Of a DNA stretch of 64,000 nt, positions 11,062 through 21,462 are shown piece after piece (position 1 is the stretch's first letter; every line of letters starts with the position of its first letter). The notes under the pieces were generated by a model. The model was not told the DNA's origin. It did not search any database and was given only the letters and a program-made list of their open reading frames with translations. A program made the translations under genes and the position numbers. Source of the DNA: Myxococcota bacterium (GTDB taxonomy: Bacteria > Myxococcota_A > SURF-8); NCBI GenBank assembly GCA_965140415.1, contig OZ223209.1, forward strand, positions 5,376,001-5,440,000, written 5' to 3'.

Positions 11062-12657
11062 ATGAAACTGTTGCATAACGCAACCACAGCGATGGTTTTC
11101 ACGCTCTCAATTTATTTTATTGTTGCATGTTCAAATCAACCTCAGGATCCGGTTAGTGGCAAAGCATCGAACACTCCCGAACTCGGTCGCTTGGAGTTGG
11201 CTTCCACGAACCTAGCCACTGGCCGCACGGCGCACACGGCGACGCTCTTGACCGATGGCCGCGTCCTGGTAGCGGGTGGATCGACGGATTCACGGGCTGA
11301 GATCCTGGACCAGAACGGAGTGAACCCTCAGTTTACTGGGGCACTTGCGACTAATCGGCTCAGCCATTCGGCTGTACTTCTTCAAAATGGCAAAGTCTGG
11401 GTGGTTGGCGGTGTTGAAGGTGTCAGTAACTATTTAGCTTCCACGGAGTTGTACGATCCCTCGGCTGGGACGTTTTCTACCGGACCGAGCTTGACCGTTG
11501 CACGCAAATCACCAACCCTGAATCTTTTGAGAGATGGAAAAGTGTTGATCTGCGGCGGACAAAGCGATTTCAGTACCTATTTGGATACCTGCGATCTGTA
11601 CGACCCGACGGTTGAAACCGTTGCCGCTGTGCCGGGCAGCATGCATCATGCCCGAGCAGGGCATACGGCGGTATTGCTCCAGGACGGCAACGTGCTGATT
11701 TGCGGGGGCATGCAAGCTCAGAATAGTCCAGTGGCCTCCTGCGACCGATACAACGCGGACACAAACACCTTTACCGCCGTCCAGCCGATGAATGAGGCTA
11801 TGGCGAGCCATACGGCGACGGTGCTAACAAATAATATGGTTTTGGTTACAGGAGGACGTTCGACAACCGCAGCGCTTTCAAACACAGAAATCTATGATCC
11901 ACAATCAGATGCATGGTTTGATGGTGGCAATTTGCTTCAAGGAAGATATTTGCATTCAGCAAATTTATTACCCGACGGTTGTGTAATAATTGCTGGGGGG
12001 TATACCGGAACTGGTGCTTTAGCATCGAATGAAACGTTTTGTAATATAATCCCATCATCGAACGAGGATGGTTTCCGCATCGATGACCTGATTATACATA
12101 GTCCGCAAATGGTTAATCAAGGAATCGATATAACAGCTTTACTCAACGAACAGCTTGCAGTAAGCATTGCTAACAAAGACCTGAATATGCTTTTATTGCC
12201 TATATGCAATAACTTTCTAGATTTCCCATATGAAATGCGAATATCGAATGGAGAAAGAGTTGGATCCGAGTACAACATGAACTCGGAGAACAGCCATGCA
12301 TTTATCGCTGTGGCAGACACAGAAGCGGAGCGGCGCTTCAAATCTATCGGTGATGTCACAGTGACCATCCCTTTAGGAAATACACCAGATGCCTTTCTTA
12401 TCCTGCGTGAAGCAGATGTAAGAGGCACATATTTAGGTGGCTTCTCGGGTCTTGATGAAGGTCTGATTATGGGTGCGGTTAGCGAAGTGGATGCAGCTGC
12501 ATTTATAGTCTATCAGTATGGTTCCTACACAGTTACACTAGCTGATGTTTTTAATTTGATAGGTCTTCAACCCGACTTTACATTTAAAGACGGAAGCAAA
12601 GGTTACATTTTCGTCCTCTCTTATGTCGCAGATGCGGCACATGTAACTCGTCAATAG
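11062..12657 (+). CDS. Kelch-repeat lipoprotein with unknown C-terminal domain
   Basis: RBS gagga, lipobox IVAC, same Kelch core. Confidence 0.85.
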   Translation: MKLLHNATTAMVFTLSIYFIVACSNQPQDPVSGKASNTPELGRLELASTNLATGRTAHTATLLTDGRVLVAGGSTDSRAEILDQNGVNPQFTGALATNRLSHSAVLLQNGKVWVVGGVEGVSNYLASTELYDPSAGTFSTGPSLTVARKSPTLNLLRDGKVLICGGQSDFSTYLDTCDLYDPTVETVAAVPGSMHHARAGHTAVLLQDGNVLICGGMQAQNSPVASCDRYNADTNTFTAVQPMNEAMASHTATVLTNNMVLVTGGRSTTAALSNTEIYDPQSDAWFDGGNLLQGRYLHSANLLPDGCVIIAGGYTGTGALASNETFCNIIPSSNEDGFRIDDLIIHSPQMVNQGIDITALLNEQLAVSIANKDLNMLLLPICNNFLDFPYEMRISNGERVGSEYNMNSENSHAFIAVADTEAERRFKSIGDVTVTIPLGNTPDAFLILREADVRGTYLGGFSGLDEGLIMGAVSEVDAAAFIVYQYGSYTVTLADVFNLIGLQPDFTFKDGSKGYIFVLSYVADAAHVTRQ

Positions 12658-12810
12658 GCATTCTTTAAAGTGAGGTCTATTTCCGTGGGAAGTGGGTGAG
12701 ATTGGATATTTGGCTAATGGATATTTTAATTTGGAAGTAAGGCGAGAAATCTCCGCGCCGAAGGCGCGGACGCTCATAAAATCAATTTACGCTGAGTCAA
12801 GGAGGCGTTC

Positions 12811-15800
12811 ATGAAACAGACAATCGGATGGATGATACTGGCGGGTTTGTTGCTTTTTCCCACCCTGGCTCATGCGGGATGGAGCGACGGCGGAAGCATG
12901 TCGTACGTGCGCTACCAGCACACAGCCACCCTGTTGGCCGACGGGCGCTTGCTGGTTCTTGGCGGCAGCGGCGCGACGGCCTCCGGCACAACGGCAGAAG
13001 TGCTATCTTTAAGTGGGAGTACAGCGCTTGATGCCCCGATCATCACATATGCCCCGGGAACCGCCCACCCCGGTGATACGATCACCTTCACCGGCAGCGG
13101 TTTTCGTAGTGTTGGGGAAGGCAGCAGTGGAAATTCGCAAAGTTCAGCAGCGGATCATCCGATTGTCTGGCTGCAATACAACAGTTCGAAGACTTACCTG
13201 ACTGCCAGCGTCTGGAACGATGCCAACATCGAGGTCACTCTTCCTTGTTCGACTGATTTTCATACCTACACACTGGGCGTGACGGTTAGCGGGGTCAGCG
13301 ATTCCCAAAGCATCACAATAGGCGGCGCAGGGCAGGGAGAATCGTGTATTTGTGATGAAGCATGCCAGTATCAATATTCGAATCCTGATGTTTGTTATGA
13401 ATCCATTGGAGCTTGTACGGCAGGACAATGTGATTATCCTCCTGTGAATGAGGGGGTATTTTGCAATGATGGCGATCCTTGTACATATGATGATGTATGC
13501 GACGGTGCCGGTTCTTGCGAGGGAACGGACTACACCTGCACGCCCAACCAATGCCAGACGGCCTCTGCCTGCGACGGAGAGGGTGGCTGCAATCCAACCA
13601 ACAAGCCCAACGGTACAGGTTGCGATGACAATAATCTTTGCACACTTGACGATGAATGCTCCGCTGGCCAGTGCGGCGGTGATCCGAAAATCTGCGACAC
13701 GCCCAACATCGCCTTCTGTCAGGATTCTGCCACGTCGATCGTATACAACACCATTGGCGCTTGCGACCACTCCGACGGTGAATGCGACTATACCTACAAC
13801 GAAATCGACTGCTCATTGGGTTGCGGTGGTGGTTGCAACGAGATCACCGGGCTTTGCAATGGTGACCCCTGCTGTGGTGTAGTCTGTGAAGACCCACCGA
13901 ATTCATTCTGTTTTTCCTCCACCGGAACCTGCTCGGGAGGGGCTTGCAGTTACAGCCAGAGCACGCCGGGAACGAGTTGCAACGACGGAAATTCCTGCAC
14001 CTATTCCAGCACCTGCGATGCTGCCGGAAATTGTGAAGGGTTGGATCGACCTGCTGGATATGCCTGCAACGATGGGAACGCTTGCAGCTATGGCGATATC
14101 TGTGACGGAGAAGGCACCTGCGCCGGAGCAACGGTCTATACCTGTCCCGAGCCGACGCAGTGTGAAGTATCCGTGGTTTGTGATGGAACAGGCGGCTGTA
14201 CACACACTTACAAGACGAATGGGACCACTTGTAACGATGGGTTGAACAACACCCGCAATGATCGCTGTGACGGCGAGGGCGGCTGCGCGGGGGATTTCTA
14301 TGTCTGCACCCCAACGCAATGCGAAGCGACTTCAACTCCCAACGGCGTGGATTGCACCGTAACCTACAAGACCGGTGGAACCTCCTGCAACGATGGTGCC
14401 GCCTGTACGCACACGGACGAATGCGACGGCGCGGGCAATTGCGGCGGCACGAGCTATACCTGCCCCTCCCCGAACGACTGCGAAATCAGTGTGACCTGCG
14501 ATGGCCAGGGTGGTTGCAGCCACAATTACCGCAATCAAGGCTATGCATGTACTTCGGACAACCTTTCGTGCACGAATGATATCTGCGACGGAGTGGGGAC
14601 ATGTACACATGCCCTGCAGAACGACAAGTGCCTGATAGATGAGACCTGTTACGCCAGCAACGTGGCGAATCCTGGAAACGAGTGCACCGGTTGCAACCCT
14701 GCCAACTCGCAGAATTCATGGAGCAACCTGCAGCAGGGAACAGCTTGTGACGACGATGCCTTCTCCTGTACAAACGACATCTGCGACGGTGAAGGTGAAT
14801 GCACGCATCCGGTGCAGACCAACCGCTGCTTGATCGGTGGACAGTGCTATTCGCCTGGAGCATCCAATCCGAGCAATGCCTGCGAAGAGTGCACGCCAAC
14901 GGATTCACAAAGTGCGTGGAGCGATTCTGACCAAGGGAAAGCTTGCGAAGCGGATGCCTTCTCCTGCACCAACGACATCTGTGATGGTGAGGGCACATGC
15001 ACGCATCCCGTGCAGACGGATAAGTGCTTGGTCGATGGCACTTGCTATGCCAACGGAGCGGCCCAACCCGGCGAAGAGTGCATCGGTTGTGTTTCGGCCC
15101 TAAGCCAATCTACCTGGAACAATCTGCCACTTGATACCACGTGTAATGATGACGTCTCTTGTACGCACAGCGATGTGTGCGACGGATTTGGAGTTTGTGA
15201 AGGCACAGATTACGAATGCGAAGCTCCAAACCAGTGTGAAGTTAGTGTGAATTGTGATGGCCAAGGAGGTTGTGACAGGGAATACAAGACAAGCGGTACC
15301 GTCTGCGATGACAGCACCGATTGCACGTATTCTGATGTGTGCGATGGCGCTGGATCCTGCGCTGGAACAGCCTACGCTTGTTCCGAGCCGACTCAGTGCG
15401 AGGTGTCAGTGGTTTGCGATGGGCAAGGCGATTGTATCGTGACTGATCAGCCCAGCGGATTTGTCTGTGATGACGGTGTTGACTGCACGCATGCGGATAT
15501 CTGTGACGGGGCTGGCACTTGTGCAGGAACTAGCTACACCTGCCGTGACCCGGAAGAGTGCGAGTTAGCGGTCAACTGTGATGGTTTGGGTGGCTGCGAG
15601 CCCGATAATACACCGCATGGCGAAGCTTGCACGGCAGATGAATTGGCCTGTACAGCGGATATCTGCGATGGCTCAGGCGATTGCGTCCATGAACCGACTT
15701 CCGATACCTGTTTGATTGATGGCGTTTGTTACAACGACGGCACACGCAACCCGAATAACCAATGCCAACGTTGCGCATCCGGCCAATCTCAGACGGAATG

Positions 15801-17106
15801 GTCTCCCATGCCGTCTGATGCCGCCTGCGATGACGACGATGCTTGTACCTATGATGATGCTTGCGATGGGATGGGAACCTGTTATGGGGAAGGCTACAAC
15901 TGCGAAGTGCGAACCTGCGATCTGTCCGCTGAGTGCGACGGACTGGGTGGTTGCACCCGCGACTACAAGGATCCCGGGACGGAGTGCAATGATGAGGATT
16001 CCTGTTCGATTTATGATGTTTGCCAGGAAGAAGGTGTATGCCTTGGAGAACCCAAGCCTTGCGTGACTCCGCCCATTCCGGACTGCATGGATGAAATGAA
16101 TATGCGATTGTACGAAACGCAGGGAGACTGTGACCCAGAAGTCGGCGATTGCGTTTACACTGAGCATGAATACCCCTGTGAAAGTGGTTGCGATCCCATC
16201 AGCGGGCTTTGTGTGGGAGGTATCTCGCTTGATTGCATGCAGGATCCGGGCATTGCCTGTCGTCTCACGCCCGGTTATCCTTCCTATGATCCTAACACCA
16301 ACGAGCCAATATGTGCCTACCCTCTAGCCGATGTTGGCACGGGATGCAACGATACAAATCTTTGTACGTATAACGATAGCTGCGATGAAAATGGATTATG
16401 CATCGGAACTGGCTACTCTTGTGCAGATGAACGTCCGTGTGTGATCAGTTCTGAATGCGATGGTCTCGGTGGTTGCGACGTGGTTCTGGAAATGGAAGGA
16501 ACGTCATGTGACGATAATGATCCCTGTACAACTTACGACCAGTGCGATGCATCCGGAGATTGTATCGGATCAGTCTATTCTTGTGACGATCAACAGGGGC
16601 CCTGTGTCGCCATGGTTACTTGTGACGGGTTAGGCGGTTGTGATGTTGAGCTAATGCCGGAAGACACGGAATGCGACGATGGTGATCCCTGCACATCGGG
16701 CGATGTCTGCACGGTATCGGGAGAATGTGTAGGTGAACCGGGCGTATGCATTGATGGTGATGACGATGTGAGTGGGGATGAAGACAATGATTCTCCTATT
16801 GACGGAGACTTGGACCAGGACAATGACGAGCAGCAGTCTGATGGCGATGTCGAGATAGATATCAGTGATCCCGTTGATGGTGACGAGTCAACGGATGGCG
16901 ACGAGTCGACCATCGATGGTGATGAGCCTAGTACCGATGGTGATGACTCAAGAATCGATGGTGATGATGACACAACAGCAACGGATAACGGCTCCGGCGG
17001 AGGTGGGTGTCAGTCTACTTCTTCGACAGGAATGGGTTTGCTTCTGTTCGGAATGAGCGTTCTCGCGCTGGTACGGATCCGAAGACGAAAACGGTTTTTG
17101 TCGTAG
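12811..17106 (+). CDS. Giant Cys-rich surface protein with MYXO-CTERM-like sorting signal
   Basis: Signal peptide, single Kelch repeat, IPT/TIG-like segment, many CNDGxxCTxxDxCDGxGxC repeats, acidic DGD linker, GGGGC + TM + RRRKR tail. Confidence 0.85.
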   Translation: MKQTIGWMILAGLLLFPTLAHAGWSDGGSMSYVRYQHTATLLADGRLLVLGGSGATASGTTAEVLSLSGSTALDAPIITYAPGTAHPGDTITFTGSGFRSVGEGSSGNSQSSAADHPIVWLQYNSSKTYLTASVWNDANIEVTLPCSTDFHTYTLGVTVSGVSDSQSITIGGAGQGESCICDEACQYQYSNPDVCYESIGACTAGQCDYPPVNEGVFCNDGDPCTYDDVCDGAGSCEGTDYTCTPNQCQTASACDGEGGCNPTNKPNGTGCDDNNLCTLDDECSAGQCGGDPKICDTPNIAFCQDSATSIVYNTIGACDHSDGECDYTYNEIDCSLGCGGGCNEITGLCNGDPCCGVVCEDPPNSFCFSSTGTCSGGACSYSQSTPGTSCNDGNSCTYSSTCDAAGNCEGLDRPAGYACNDGNACSYGDICDGEGTCAGATVYTCPEPTQCEVSVVCDGTGGCTHTYKTNGTTCNDGLNNTRNDRCDGEGGCAGDFYVCTPTQCEATSTPNGVDCTVTYKTGGTSCNDGAACTHTDECDGAGNCGGTSYTCPSPNDCEISVTCDGQGGCSHNYRNQGYACTSDNLSCTNDICDGVGTCTHALQNDKCLIDETCYASNVANPGNECTGCNPANSQNSWSNLQQGTACDDDAFSCTNDICDGEGECTHPVQTNRCLIGGQCYSPGASNPSNACEECTPTDSQSAWSDSDQGKACEADAFSCTNDICDGEGTCTHPVQTDKCLVDGTCYANGAAQPGEECIGCVSALSQSTWNNLPLDTTCNDDVSCTHSDVCDGFGVCEGTDYECEAPNQCEVSVNCDGQGGCDREYKTSGTVCDDSTDCTYSDVCDGAGSCAGTAYACSEPTQCEVSVVCDGQGDCIVTDQPSGFVCDDGVDCTHADICDGAGTCAGTSYTCRDPEECELAVNCDGLGGCEPDNTPHGEACTADELACTADICDGSGDCVHEPTSDTCLIDGVCYNDGTRNPNNQCQRCASGQSQTEWSPMPSDAACDDDDACTYDDACDGMGTCYGEGYNCEVRTCDLSAECDGLGGCTRDYKDPGTECNDEDSCSIYDVCQEEGVCLGEPKPCVTPPIPDCMDEMNMRLYETQGDCDPEVGDCVYTEHEYPCESGCDPISGLCVGGISLDCMQDPGIACRLTPGYPSYDPNTNEPICAYPLADVGTGCNDTNLCTYNDSCDENGLCIGTGYSCADERPCVISSECDGLGGCDVVLEMEGTSCDDNDPCTTYDQCDASGDCIGSVYSCDDQQGPCVAMVTCDGLGGCDVELMPEDTECDDGDPCTSGDVCTVSGECVGEPGVCIDGDDDVSGDEDNDSPIDGDLDQDNDEQQSDGDVEIDISDPVDGDESTDGDESTIDGDEPSTDGDDSRIDGDDDTTATDNGSGGGGCQSTSSTGMGLLLFGMSVLALVRIRRRKRFLS

Positions 17107-17178
17107 TCTTAATGTTATCGCCGGGGAGGCAAACCTCCCCGAGCGTTCTTAAAGCAAAAAAGAAAACTGGACATAGCG

Positions 17179-20100
17179 ATGATGACAAAGATGAAATGTA
17201 AGATGGCCTTACTATGCGTTATTGTTCTTTTCCATATTTTCGGATTGTCGGCCTGTTCCCAAGAGGTGCAGACACCAACGAATGCGAAGACCTGGGAAGA
17301 CGAAGAATTAGGCCGGTTGGAGTTGGCCTCCACGAACCTAGGAACTGGCCGCACGGCACATACGGCGACGTTGTTGACCGATGGCCGGGTGCTGGTTGTC
17401 GGCGGATCGACGGATGCCAGGGCGGAGATTCTGGACCAGAACGGAGCAAATCCGCAATTCACCGGCGCGTTGTCCACCAACCGCCTGAGCCATGCCGCCA
17501 TGCTGCTGCAAAATGGCAATGTCTGGGTGGTTGGCGGTGTTGAAGGCGTCAGTAACTACTTGGCCTCCACGGAGCTGTTTGATCCGGCTATTGGAACCTT
17601 TTCTGCCGGTCCAAATCTGACCACCGCCCGGAAATCGCCAACCTTGAATCTGCTGCGAAATGGCAAGGTTCTTGTCTGCGGCGGACAGAGCAGTTTCAGC
17701 GGCTATCTGAACACTTGCGATCTGTACGATCCGACCGGTGGAATCGTGACAGCGGTTCCGGGAACCATGCAGGAAGCCCGTGCGGGACACACGGCAGTGC
17801 TGCTACAGGATGGCAATGTCTTGATCTGCGGTGGACTTCGGGCTGCCAGCACTCCCAATGCCACCTGCGATCGCTATAACGCTGACTCAAATAACCTGAC
17901 GGCAGTACAACCAATGAATGCAGGGCGGGCGGCCCATACGGCAACAGTGCTAGCAGATGGCCGGGTGTTGGTCGTTGGCGGGCGTTCGGTTACGACAACG
18001 TTGGCAAGCGCGGAAATATACGATCCGAATGAGAACACCTGGTCGGATGGTGGTTCCCTATCTCAGGCACGGCAGTCGCATTCGGCGACGCTGCTTCCTG
18101 ATGGTTCTGTTGTGGTGGCTGGCGGGTATTCGGGAAGTCAGGCACTAAACTCTGTTGAGATATACACCGCTTTCGCTCCCCAAGCCGGTGAGCCCTGCTC
18201 CTTCGGCGCGGTGAATGCCGATGCGGGGGGCTGCGATACCGATTTGATCTGTATTGGTCTGCATGCCAATGCTAGCAGTACTCAGCCAGTTCCCTGCACG
18301 AGCGCGGCCGACTGTACATCTGTTGGCGGCAGCACCGGCGTATGCGCGGAAGCCTACTGTGGTGTTTCCTGGTGCGCGGAAGTCTGTACCGCGGATGCTG
18401 ACTGTACCGCTCCCGGCTATGGCGGCGGTTGCTGTGGTCCGGTCGGCAGCGACACCATGTGTTATATTTCCGATTTCTGTGGTGGCAGCGCGGGAGATCA
18501 GGCAGCCGGTGAACCCTGCACCTTTGGCGTGGTGAATGCCGATGCAGGGGGTTGCGATACCGATTTGAGCTGTATTGGTCTGCATGCCAATGCCAGTTCG
18601 ACCATACCTGCTCCTTGCGCCGAGGATGCCGACTGTAAAGCGGACCTCGGCAGCACGGCGGTCTGTGCCGGTGGTTACTGTGGCGTGTCCTGGTGTGCGG
18701 AAGACTGCACCACCGACGATGATTGTACTGCTGCCGGTTACGGAACCAACGGCGGCTGCTGTGGTCCGGTGGGCACCGACACCATGTGTTACATCAACGA
18801 TTTCTGTAACTCAGTTGTTGACGGAGACGAAGAGGCTGAGACAAGCTATTCTTTACCAACACCGGGCGACGTGATTTTCACGGAGTTTTTGGCAAATACT
18901 ACAGGTTCAGTCGCTGAGCAACTCGGTGAATGGCTTGAAATTTACAACATGACCGACGAGACCTTGAGCCTGGGTGGTTTGACCCTGTGCGATTCTTCCG
19001 ATGCAAACTGCGAAGTTCTGCCGATGGAATTGATGATCGGTCCCAATGAAACCCTGCTGTTTGCGGGTTCGGCAAATCCTGCGGAAAACGGCGGACTGAC
19101 CAACGTGGCCTATGATTTCGCGTTTTCGCTGAATAACAGCGGCGATGCGCTGCGTCTGTTTGATGGTGGTGCCACGGGCACGCTGATCAATTCGGTGGAT
19201 GCAACGACTTGGTCACAGGATGCCGGCTATTCCTGGCAGTTGGATGTGGATTACTACGATCCGATATACAACGATGATGCCGTGTACTGGTGCCATTGCG
19301 CTAACGAGTACGTGGCCGATGGCCCGCACTTCGGAACTCCGGGAGCGATGAATGTCAGTTGTACGGTGGTTGACGGCGACGTGGTCGATGGTGACGTGGT
19401 TGACGGTGACGTGGTTCTCGGTGATTGCTGTACTCCGCATGAAACCGGCGGTTGCAGCGACACGGCTATCAATGATTGTGTGTGCTTCTATGACAGTTGG
19501 TGCTGTGATACGATCTGGGATGCAATTTGCATGAGTGAAGTCGAGTTTTTCGAATGCGGCAGCTGTGGTGGTACCGATGGTGACCTTGACACTGATGAAG
19601 AAAGCGACGGCGAGTTGGAACCCTGTACGGACAATACCTATTGCAATAACAATGGCTATTGCTGGGGTAACAACACCTACTGTAACTGTTTGACACCGTT
19701 TGCCGGTGCAACCTGCGATGCCTGCGCGCCCGATCATGAAAACTACCCGGACTGCTTGATTACCTGCGGCGGAGGCTTGTCGCTTCTGGCGACGATCGAC
19801 CTGAACGGTAATAGCTATGGCGCCGTTATCAAAGACGGTTATCTGATTGTGGCCGAAGGCGAAACGCTGGTCAGCTATCTGCTGCTGGATATGGCCTCCC
19901 CGGTAATGATCGACAGTGTCCAGCTTAGCGATTCCATCTTCGGCCTTGCTCGCAAGGACAACTATGTCTACGCGACCACAAACCTGAACGGACTGGGAAT
20001 CGTCGACGTCAGCGACCCGGCAAATCTGGGTACACCGATTTATCAAGGTGACCTGGGCCAGCTGCGCGATTTGGCTATTGCCGGAAACTATGCCTATACG

Positions 20101-20679
20101 CACGTGCTTTTCTATGGCTTCCACATTGTCGATATCAGCACGCCCACCAGCCCAAGCAAGGTCAATTTTGTCAACATCAGTGGCGCAACAGGCCTGGATG
20201 CGGTCGGCAACTACGTGTACGTCGCCTGGCGTACGCTCAACCCGGAAGAAGGTGGCTTGGCGATCGTTGAGGTGTCCGACCCCAACAGTCCCGGCACACC
20301 CGCCATCGAGAACACCGAAACAGTCGTCGATGACTGGAAATCTGCCAGTAAAGTCAACGTAAACGGCAGCTACGCCTTTGTCGCTAATAGGGAATCAGGC
20401 TTGGCGATCATCGATGTGGACGATCCGGTAGACCCTGGTATGCCGACCTATGTGCCCGGCATCAGCGCCGAGTTAATCCATGTCCAGGGCGGCGTTGCCT
20501 ATGTCGGCGGTTACAGTGGTTTCAGGACTGTGGACGTGACCAACCCGGCCGCACCGGGCGTGCCCAACGATCTGATCGACAGCGGCAATGTCAGTAGCCT
20601 AAACGTGCAGGCGGGTTACCTGCTGCACACTAACGCTATCGATTCCAAACTCCAGATATGGGAAATCACTTGCCCGTAG
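17179..20679 (+). CDS. Kelch + duplicated Cys-rich + lamin-tail-like + EGF + LVIVD-repeat lipoprotein
   Basis: Lipobox LSAC; Kelch core; GDVIFTEFLAN...GEWLEIYN (LTD-like); GLxIVDVSDP repeats. Confidence 0.85.
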   Translation: MMTKMKCKMALLCVIVLFHIFGLSACSQEVQTPTNAKTWEDEELGRLELASTNLGTGRTAHTATLLTDGRVLVVGGSTDARAEILDQNGANPQFTGALSTNRLSHAAMLLQNGNVWVVGGVEGVSNYLASTELFDPAIGTFSAGPNLTTARKSPTLNLLRNGKVLVCGGQSSFSGYLNTCDLYDPTGGIVTAVPGTMQEARAGHTAVLLQDGNVLICGGLRAASTPNATCDRYNADSNNLTAVQPMNAGRAAHTATVLADGRVLVVGGRSVTTTLASAEIYDPNENTWSDGGSLSQARQSHSATLLPDGSVVVAGGYSGSQALNSVEIYTAFAPQAGEPCSFGAVNADAGGCDTDLICIGLHANASSTQPVPCTSAADCTSVGGSTGVCAEAYCGVSWCAEVCTADADCTAPGYGGGCCGPVGSDTMCYISDFCGGSAGDQAAGEPCTFGVVNADAGGCDTDLSCIGLHANASSTIPAPCAEDADCKADLGSTAVCAGGYCGVSWCAEDCTTDDDCTAAGYGTNGGCCGPVGTDTMCYINDFCNSVVDGDEEAETSYSLPTPGDVIFTEFLANTTGSVAEQLGEWLEIYNMTDETLSLGGLTLCDSSDANCEVLPMELMIGPNETLLFAGSANPAENGGLTNVAYDFAFSLNNSGDALRLFDGGATGTLINSVDATTWSQDAGYSWQLDVDYYDPIYNDDAVYWCHCANEYVADGPHFGTPGAMNVSCTVVDGDVVDGDVVDGDVVLGDCCTPHETGGCSDTAINDCVCFYDSWCCDTIWDAICMSEVEFFECGSCGGTDGDLDTDEESDGELEPCTDNTYCNNNGYCWGNNTYCNCLTPFAGATCDACAPDHENYPDCLITCGGGLSLLATIDLNGNSYGAVIKDGYLIVAEGETLVSYLLLDMASPVMIDSVQLSDSIFGLARKDNYVYATTNLNGLGIVDVSDPANLGTPIYQGDLGQLRDLAIAGNYAYTHVLFYGFHIVDISTPTSPSKVNFVNISGATGLDAVGNYVYVAWRTLNPEEGGLAIVEVSDPNSPGTPAIENTETVVDDWKSASKVNVNGSYAFVANRESGLAIIDVDDPVDPGMPTYVPGISAELIHVQGGVAYVGGYSGFRTVDVTNPAAPGVPNDLIDSGNVSSLNVQAGYLLHTNAIDSKLQIWEITCP

Positions 20680-20767
20680 CCGTGGGAAGCTCCTACAACG
20701 TAGCCGTTGGTACCTAAAAACTCCATCCAGGCACGATTTGGCGTTGATCGCTTAACGCGAACTAACT

Positions 20768-21040
20768 TTGTGGACCTGGAAGCAATGCGCTACTATGACT
20801 GGGAACGACGGGAAAGCCGACGATCCAGGTTCCACCGTTTCGCGGGGCATGTCCTACGTGGGCTCCGTCGGTAGTGGCGTCTACATTTTTGACGTATCTG
20901 ACCCCACAAATCCAGGTGGCCTTACCAATTATGGTGACGACATGAGCTCGGAAGTGAAAGTGAATTCCGGATATCTGCTGAACACCGAATCCTTCAAAAA
21001 GTACCTGCACATTTACCGGATTATCTGTCCCGTGGAATAG
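20768..21040 (+). pseudogene. Orphan LVIVD C-terminal fragment
   Basis: GVYIFDVSDPTNP...SGYLLNT...LHIYRIICP parallels the end of the upstream gene (AGYLLHT...LQIWEITCP). Confidence 0.65.
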
Positions 21041-21421
21041 TAAACCTTGCTGATCTGCCGGACAGAGACGTCTCAAAACTCCGTAAAATCCTGAGCAAGC
21101 CGGGACAGCAAAGTAAAAATACCTGCAGTCGGCTATCTGTGTTCCAATGACCAAAACAACCGCCATGCTGATGATGTATATTATAGTTTGAGAAGGGCAA
21201 TTCTAAGCGATATCGTATATGGCCCCTTCGCAACATCGCAATACAAAGGCCAATGGATGTCTATAACGGATGAACCAGTCTACTTGATCGACGGAAGACA
21301 TATTGTCAATCTCTACGACCACGGAAGCACTGGGGTGGGATGTATCGGGCAGGGATCAAAATGGGTATTCGTGGATTCTGTGCGGGTGTTGTGGGATCAT
21401 TAGCGAAGATTTGGGCTAGGT

Positions 21422-21445
21422 AAAAGAAGAGGTTTTGGCCTCTTC
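21422..21445 (-). terminator. Probable intrinsic terminator after the JAB gene
   Basis: Minus strand gaagagg-ccaaaa-cctcttc-tttt, 17 nt after the stop. Confidence 0.55.
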
Positions 21446-21462
21446 CCGAAAAAGGCTTCGGG

